Origin: Candidatus Latescibacterota bacterium
Lineage (GTDB): Bacteria; Latescibacterota; UBA2968; UBA8231
DNA length: 64,000 bases
Assembly: GCA_963422735.1 (NCBI GenBank)
Contig: OY730476.1
Coordinates: 1,120,001 to 1,184,000 of the forward strand
Direction: 5' to 3'
The notes under the pieces were generated by a model. It saw only the letters and a program-made list of their open reading frames with translations. It ran no database searches and had not been told where the DNA came from. The translations under genes and the position numbers were made by a program. The first letter of the stretch is position 1. Each line of letters opens with the position of its first letter. Below are positions 58,052-64,000 of the stretch, one piece after another.

Positions 58052-59152
58052 CTAGCGGAACCAATCGTACGTCAGCGCCAAGCTGCGGTCAGCCAGCGGC
58101 AACTCCACCCGCTCGCCGCCCCGGGCCGCCGACAGCTTCAGCCCCAGTTCCACCTCTAGCGCGACAGCGACCCGCCGCCCGGAGTTTTTCGGCTCGTCCA
58201 ACCTCCCCTCCATGCAGGCGATTAGATCGTCGAGACAGTACACAGTCCGCATTCCCGACAAAAACTGCGGCGCGGGCCACGGCATTTCTACCCGCCCGGC
58301 AGCCGGCGTTTCCATGTCTTGATAGAGCCGCCACTGATTGTGCTCAAAGAAGATCTCCCCCCGATTCCCCGAAATCCGCACCTCGGGTGCGCCAGCGCGG
58401 ATGTGCATCACCAAGCCATCGCTACACGCGATCATCCCCTGCCCCATAAATTCAGTGCTGCCGCGCTTCCGGCGCGGCTGATCGCCCGTGCCACACACCC
58501 AAATTGGGTCGCCGGTCAAAAAGTAACTCCAGTCCTGATGCTGAGCCAAAACCAGGACGCGCGCTTCGAGCGACCGCACCTTTCCAATCGCCCCCTCCTG
58601 CACCAACAACTTGGCCTGCGCAAACGACGGATGTGAGACACTCGTCGCCCCGCCCACCAGCGGCACTCCGGCCTCGGCCAGCGAGAACACCATCGGCTTA
58701 TCTACCAACACGCCCCGCACCCCAGCGGTGACCGCTGCCACCGTCAGCGCGGACCGCCTCTTCGCATTCGTCGCAATCGCCACGATGTCCAGCCGTTCCT
58801 CATCCAACATTTCCAGCGTATCCGCGTACAGAGCCTCAATGCCGTAGCGTTCCCCGAACAGGGCCCGCCGCCGCGGATCCCGATCGGCCCCGGCCACCAA
58901 TTCCACTTCGGGCCGGTCGAAAAAGGCCGCAGCATACGAAGTAGCCAGCCCCTCCTGCCCAGGGTGATCGTAGAGGTGAAACGTCCGGTTGACATCAAGT
59001 CCGTCCGGCAGGGGCCGATCGGCACTTTCAACATCGTATATCGGGGTTTGGTACGACCCGCCAATGCGCTCGTAGTCCCGCTTCCCCAAGTCGTAGAGAA
59101 ATCCCATCCATCCCAAGCCAATGACGCCAGCGCGATATTTTTTTTGCTCCAT
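58052..59152 (-). CDS. Gfo/Idh/MocA family oxidoreductase
   Basis: AGVIGLGWMG, LDIVAIAT, VDKPM. Confidence 0.82.
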   Translation of the reverse strand: MEQKKYRAGVIGLGWMGFLYDLGKRDYERIGGSYQTPIYDVESADRPLPDGLDVNRTFHLYDHPGQEGLATSYAAAFFDRPEVELVAGADRDPRRRALFGERYGIEALYADTLEMLDEERLDIVAIATNAKRRSALTVAAVTAGVRGVLVDKPMVFSLAEAGVPLVGGATSVSHPSFAQAKLLVQEGAIGKVRSLEARVLVLAQHQDWSYFLTGDPIWVCGTGDQPRRKRGSTEFMGQGMIACSDGLVMHIRAGAPEVRISGNRGEIFFEHNQWRLYQDMETPAAGRVEMPWPAPQFLSGMRTVYCLDDLIACMEGRLDEPKNSGRRVAVALEVELGLKLSAARGGERVELPLADRSLALTYDWFR

Positions 59153-59155
59153 TGT

Positions 59156-60124
59156 CTAATCTCCTCGTCCCGTTCTGCGCCTCCCCGCCACGCGACGGAT
59201 CAACTCGTCGGCGATGACCCCCGCTAAAATCACCGCACCGATAATGGCAAATTCGAGTTGGGTGGGGATGCCGGAGACATTAATGGCATTGTAGAGCAAC
59301 CGCATGACGGCCGCGCCAATGACAACCCCCAAAATCGATCCCTCGCCGCCGCGTAGGGAACAGCCCCCCAACACGGCCGCGGCAATTGCATACAGTTCGT
59401 AGAAATTGCCGTGGGCGGCTGGTTGCACCGAGTTGACGTCGAGGGCGAAGAGGATACCTCCCAAGCCAGCGGTGCCTGAGCATAAGATGTACGCCAAAAC
59501 CTTCATCCGCTCAATTTGGATACCGCTGTAGCGCGCCGCCGTCTCGTTGCAGCCCAGTGCCAACAGGTAGCGGCCCCATATCGTGCGGTTGAGAAAGAGA
59601 GCGGCGAGGACCCCAGCAATCAGCAAGATGAAAAACGGAATCGGCAGCGCAAAGCCGCCACCCAGCGAGACCTTGCCAATCGCCAGTTGGCGCAGGCCCT
59701 CGTAGGACGAGCCAAAGCCCTGGACTTGGTCGTGGGTGAGCCAGCGGGCAAAGCCGCGGTAGAACAGCAGACCACACAGCGTGACGACAAACGGCTGCAA
59801 CCGCAGGCGCGTGATCAGCAAGCCGTGCAGCAACCCAATGGCCAGGGACAAAACCACGACGGCCAACAGCGCAATGACAGGCGCGTACCCAGCGGCCAAG
59901 AGCATGGGCAGCAGACAACCCACCAAGCCAATCAACGAACCAATCGACAAGTCAATACCGCCCGTGATAATGACAAAGGCCACGCCGATGGAAATGATGC
60001 CAAATAGCGAGGTCCAGCGTATGATATTTTGCAAATTGTAGGCACTAGCAAACTTGGGTTCGACGATCCAAGTGACCACAAAAATCGCCAACAACAAGCC
60101 GAGAATACCCAGTATTTTCTTCAT
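59156..60124 (-). CDS. Sugar ABC transporter permease (RbsC-like)
   Basis: GGIDLSIGS, AARYSGI, YELYAIAAAVLGGCSLRGGEG. Confidence 0.92.
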   Translation of the reverse strand: MKKILGILGLLLAIFVVTWIVEPKFASAYNLQNIIRWTSLFGIISIGVAFVIITGGIDLSIGSLIGLVGCLLPMLLAAGYAPVIALLAVVVLSLAIGLLHGLLITRLRLQPFVVTLCGLLFYRGFARWLTHDQVQGFGSSYEGLRQLAIGKVSLGGGFALPIPFFILLIAGVLAALFLNRTIWGRYLLALGCNETAARYSGIQIERMKVLAYILCSGTAGLGGILFALDVNSVQPAAHGNFYELYAIAAAVLGGCSLRGGEGSILGVVIGAAVMRLLYNAINVSGIPTQLEFAIIGAVILAGVIADELIRRVAGRRRTGRGD

Positions 60125-60127
60125 CTT

Positions 60128-61618
60128 TTAAGCCGCCTTCCCCGTCGCCAAATTCACAATCGCCTCCTCGCTGAGCGCGTCCCGCTGGAGTTGGCCGGCA
60201 ATGCGGCCCTCGTGCATGACCAGCACCTCATCGGCCATCCCCAAAATTTCCTCCAATTCACTCGACGCAAACAGCACGGCCACGCCGCTGGCGGCCAACT
60301 CTTCCATCAGGCGGTAAATCGTTTGTTTGGCCCCCACGTCGATGCCACGAGTTGGTTCGTCGAGCAGCAACACCTGGGGCGCGAGAGCCAGCCACTTGGC
60401 CAGCACCGCCTTTTGCTGGTTGCCACCGGATAGGTACTGGACGATTTGGGCCGGGCCGGGGGTGCGAATGGCGAGGCGCTCGATCATCTGGTCGGCGTCC
60501 GCAGCTTGGCGGGCAAAATTGACCCAACCGGCAAAGCGCTGGTAGCGCCCCAAGCCGGGCAGGCCGATGTTGTCGCGCAGGGCCATTTCGAGGATCAGGC
60601 CCTGTTGCTTGCGGTCTTCGGGCGCGAGGGCTAAGCCGACGCGAATGGCATCGACCGGTGAGCGGATCACCTGCGGTGCGCCGTCGATGAGGACGCGGCC
60701 GGCGAGCGCGGGGACGAGGCCAAAGAGCACCTGCAACAACTCGGTGCGCCCCGCGCCGACGAGACCGGCGATGCCGACGAGCTGACCGCGCCGGATCGCG
60801 AAATTGAGCCGGTGATCGGGCCAAGCAGGGATGACCAAATCCTCGGCTTGGAGGGCGATGTCGCCGGCCGAATGTGCTTGGTGCGCGTAGTACTGAGCCA
60901 CGTCGCGGCCGACCATCTTCGCCACCATGGCGTCGTGGCTGATCTCTGCTCGAGCCAACTCGCCGGCATTTTTTCCGTCGCAGAGGACCAAGACGCGATC
61001 CGCTAGGGTTTCAACTTCTCCGAGGCGGTGGGAAATATAGACAATGGCCACACCGCACTCACGCAGCTGGTTGATGACCGCGAATAGGGCCTCGGCCTCT
61101 TGGCTGGTGAGGCTGGAGGTCGGCTCGTCCATAATCAGAATTCGCGCCTCGGTCGAGAGCGCCTTGGCGATTTCGACGAGCTGCTGGTGGCCAATGGGCA
61201 AGTCGCCCATCAGGGCGTCTGGCGACACCTCGAGCCCGAGTTGCGCGAGGGCTTGGACGGCCCCCTCGCGGACGGCGGCGCGGTCGATCAGCCCCCGCTT
61301 CTGCGGCTCGCGGCCAAGGTAGAGGTTGGCAGCGACCGAGAGGTTGGCACAAAAGTTGAGTTCTTGGTGGATCAGGGCGATGCCGAGCGCGGCGGCGCGA
61401 CGCGGGGAGTCAATGATCACCGACTCCCCATCGCGCAAAATTTGGCCGCTGTCCGGAGTCTCAATGCCAGCGAGGATTTTCATCAGGGTAGATTTGCCAG
61501 CCCCGTTTTCGCCGATGACGGCGAGGACTTCTCCTGCCTCCACCGCCATATCCACCGCGTCGAGGGCAAGGACCCCGGGAAAGCGCTTGCCAATGCGGTG
61601 GGCAGCCAACAGCGACAT
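60128..61618 (-). CDS. Sugar ABC transporter ATP-binding protein (RbsA-like)
   Basis: GENGAGKST, MDEPT, LSGGNQQK, DEPTRGIDVGAK. Confidence 0.95.
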   Translation of the reverse strand: MSLLAAHRIGKRFPGVLALDAVDMAVEAGEVLAVIGENGAGKSTLMKILAGIETPDSGQILRDGESVIIDSPRRAAALGIALIHQELNFCANLSVAANLYLGREPQKRGLIDRAAVREGAVQALAQLGLEVSPDALMGDLPIGHQQLVEIAKALSTEARILIMDEPTSSLTSQEAEALFAVINQLRECGVAIVYISHRLGEVETLADRVLVLCDGKNAGELARAEISHDAMVAKMVGRDVAQYYAHQAHSAGDIALQAEDLVIPAWPDHRLNFAIRRGQLVGIAGLVGAGRTELLQVLFGLVPALAGRVLIDGAPQVIRSPVDAIRVGLALAPEDRKQQGLILEMALRDNIGLPGLGRYQRFAGWVNFARQAADADQMIERLAIRTPGPAQIVQYLSGGNQQKAVLAKWLALAPQVLLLDEPTRGIDVGAKQTIYRLMEELAASGVAVLFASSELEEILGMADEVLVMHEGRIAGQLQRDALSEEAIVNLATGKAA

Positions 61619-62610
61619 TAGCGAGTGCCGGTCAAGGTTTTCAGTTCGTCCCAAAAGGCTTCTACATTGTCTCGGCGGATGGACCGCGCCGGTACGTCGA
61701 GCACCCCATCGGCGGGCAAAACCGAGCGATCGCCGCGTGCGAGGGCGGCGAGGATCCGCACCGACTCGTACCCGTAGCGGTACGGGTTTTGCACCACCGT
61801 GCCGTAGATGTGGCCATCGATAATGCCTTGTAGGGTGGGGGCTTCCTCGTCAAAGGCGATGATTTGGATTTGGCCGGTCTTGCCGGCTTCCTTGATGGCT
61901 TCGAGGCACATCGGCGGATTGTAGGCAAAGAGGCCGACGACGCCGTGCAGGTCCGGGTATTTGGCAATGGCGTCCTCGACTTGGGCTTTGGCTTTAGCAT
62001 AGTCGAACTGGTCGGTGCGGGTGTCGAGAATGGTGTATGGGTCGCCGGCGATCGGGCCGCTGTTCGGGTCGTGGCGCGTCGGGTCAAAGGAGCGACCGAG
62101 CAGTTCGTCGATGAGGCCCTGGCGGCGCTGGCGAGCGTTGAGTTGTTCGAGGCGACCGACGAAGATCATGATATTGCCGCCATCGGGCAGGGCTTCTTTG
62201 ACTAGTGCCCCGCAGGCGCGGCCAGCCGAGTAGTTGTCGATGCCGATAAAGCAAAGGCGGTTGCTTTGCGGGGCGTCCGAATCGTGGGTGAGCAGGTTGG
62301 TATGGGCAGCGGCCTCGTTGAGCAGGTTGGTCTGATTGTCCGGGTCGATGGGGCTTATGGCCATGCCGTCGATGCCGCGGGCAAGTAGGGCTTGGACGAT
62401 GCGCTTCTGATCGGCGACCCCTTCGCCGGGCATTTGCACCTCGGCATCGGCGGCAAATTCGGCGGCAGCGGCCTCGACTCCTTTGGCGGCAATGGTCCAA
62501 AAAGGGCCAACGCCATTGGTGACAAAGGCAATTTGGGGCTTGGCCGCCGGTTGCGGTGCGTCGCTACAGGCGACAAAAATCAAGGCGAGGATCAAAAGGG
62601 GCGTTTTCAT
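61618..62610 (-). CDS. Sugar ABC substrate-binding lipoprotein
   Basis: Lipobox FVAC; AISPID, HDSDAP, IGIDNY, VVQNPY. Confidence 0.9.
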   Translation of the reverse strand: MKTPLLILALIFVACSDAPQPAAKPQIAFVTNGVGPFWTIAAKGVEAAAAEFAADAEVQMPGEGVADQKRIVQALLARGIDGMAISPIDPDNQTNLLNEAAAHTNLLTHDSDAPQSNRLCFIGIDNYSAGRACGALVKEALPDGGNIMIFVGRLEQLNARQRRQGLIDELLGRSFDPTRHDPNSGPIAGDPYTILDTRTDQFDYAKAKAQVEDAIAKYPDLHGVVGLFAYNPPMCLEAIKEAGKTGQIQIIAFDEEAPTLQGIIDGHIYGTVVQNPYRYGYESVRILAALARGDRSVLPADGVLDVPARSIRRDNVEAFWDELKTLTGTR

Positions 62611-62787
62611 AAATGTATCTCGTTGTATCTCGTTAGGAGGTTAAGGAAATGACGCCGCCGCTCATGGGCGTCGGTCGCGCCCTCGACAAGGGCAGGATAC
62701 TTGTAGGAGCTTGCCTCCGCGAATGCGGAATGCCTATGTTACGTCCGGCAAAAAGGAAGCGCAAGATCAACAACAAAAGGATCGGCC

Positions 62788-63909
62788 ATGCAAAAGTGCT
62801 TCACCGCGCCTTCAGGCATGAAAGGCGCAATGTTACTGGCGGTCGCCTTGGCCGCCACCGCAGGAGAGGCCAACGTGAGCAAAGACAGCTTTGGAACAAC
62901 CGCGGCGGGACAGCCCGTCGATCGCTATACCCTCGCAAACGACCGCGGCACTATGGCCCGCGTCATCACCTATGGTGGGATCATCACCGAACTCCTCGTG
63001 CGCGATCGCGCCGGAACGCTGGGCGACGTAGTGCTAGGCTTTGACCGCTTGGCGCAGTACGAGAAAGAGAATCCGTACTTCGGGTGTATCACCGGGCGGG
63101 TCGCCAACCGCATCGCCGGCGGCAAATTCTCCCTAGAGGGTCAAGAGTACGCGCTCGCAGTTAACAACGGGCCTAATCACCTGCACGGTGGGATAGTGGG
63201 CTTCGACAAGGTCGTCTGGGACGGCGAGGTTGTGGACGATACACGCGGGCCGGCGGTGCGTTTGCGTTACGTGAGCCAAGACGGCGAGGAGGGCTATCCA
63301 GGCACCGTGCCAGTGAGCGTGACGTACACCTTGACCCACGACGACGCCCTAGTCATCGAATATGAGGCAACCACCGACAAGCCTACGCCGATCAATCTGA
63401 CCAACCATTCTTATTTCAACTTGGCCGGCAGCGGCCCCGTGCTCGGACATATCCTCACCCTCCACGCCCGCTACTACACCGAACCAGACGCCAACCAAAT
63501 CCCCACCGGGCGCATTTTGCCGGTGGCTGGCACCCCTCTCGACTTTGGCAAACCGACCGCCATTGGTGGGCGGATCGGGCAGCTCGGGCAAGTCGGCGGC
63601 TACGACCACAACTTTGTGCTCGACCATGGGGGCCGGGCTGAGCCGGGGCTAGCCGCCGAGGTGTACGAGCCGGAGAGCGGGCGGGTGATGGAGCTGTACA
63701 CCACCGAGCCGGGCGTACAGTTTTATTCGGCCATCCACCTCGACGAAGTAATGGGCAAGGGTGGGACGCGCTACCATCAGTACCACGGCCTGTGCTTAGA
63801 GACCCAGCACTATCCCGACTCGATCAACCAGCCGGGCTTTCCGTCGGTGGTGTTGCATCCGGGGGAAACCTACCGGACGGTAACAATACACAAGTTTTCG
63901 ACGAGGTAG
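62788..63909 (+). CDS. galM: Aldose 1-epimerase (mutarotase) with a signal-peptide-like N-terminus
   Basis: GRVANRI, NHLHGG, NLTNHSYFNL, YDHNF, CLETQHYPD; start could be 62818. Confidence 0.92.
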   Translation: MQKCFTAPSGMKGAMLLAVALAATAGEANVSKDSFGTTAAGQPVDRYTLANDRGTMARVITYGGIITELLVRDRAGTLGDVVLGFDRLAQYEKENPYFGCITGRVANRIAGGKFSLEGQEYALAVNNGPNHLHGGIVGFDKVVWDGEVVDDTRGPAVRLRYVSQDGEEGYPGTVPVSVTYTLTHDDALVIEYEATTDKPTPINLTNHSYFNLAGSGPVLGHILTLHARYYTEPDANQIPTGRILPVAGTPLDFGKPTAIGGRIGQLGQVGGYDHNFVLDHGGRAEPGLAAEVYEPESGRVMELYTTEPGVQFYSAIHLDEVMGKGGTRYHQYHGLCLETQHYPDSINQPGFPSVVLHPGETYRTVTIHKFSTR

Positions 63910-64000
63910 GAGCCGTCTGAAATGGTAGTGGTCTCGGTATGCTTCCCACCCCACACCCGTCCACTCGCCGCCTGTATCTTGCCTTCCATGCGGCTTAATG

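Overview
GC-rich bacterial chromosomal DNA; no rRNA, tRNA or CRISPR array was recognised. The gene content points to a Latescibacterota/Poribacteria-like, probably host-associated, heterotroph (inference, not a database result). That content includes five PhyH-family dioxygenases, a sulfatase, Gfo/Idh/MocA and enolase-family enzymes, PQQ-like beta-propellers, FlgD-Ig and 'TAV-x3-SWG-x-[IL]K' C-termini, TPR and CRTAC1 proteins, and a sugar ABC transporter with GalM. Intact catabolic genes alternate with many eroded toxin-antitoxin, restriction and IS remnants. Main points: (1) a phenazine-independent EhpF-like adenylase, EhpG/LuxC-like reductase, Fe-ADH and two secreted propellers (23956-35439), split by a 4.3-kb island; (2) within that island, a phage-like array of small genes built from repeated terminator-palindrome-GTGTCTAAA-RBS cassettes, exact junction repeats and two membrane-anchored paralogues of a phage-type protein; (3) a shared short C-terminal motif on unrelated secreted proteins; (4) a PhyH enzyme with a halogenase-like HxG motif; (5) a CCWGG-loss mutational signature; (6) heptamer repeats, one of which puts a sulfatase start out of frame. 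All family calls come from motif recognition by eye and need HMM confirmation.
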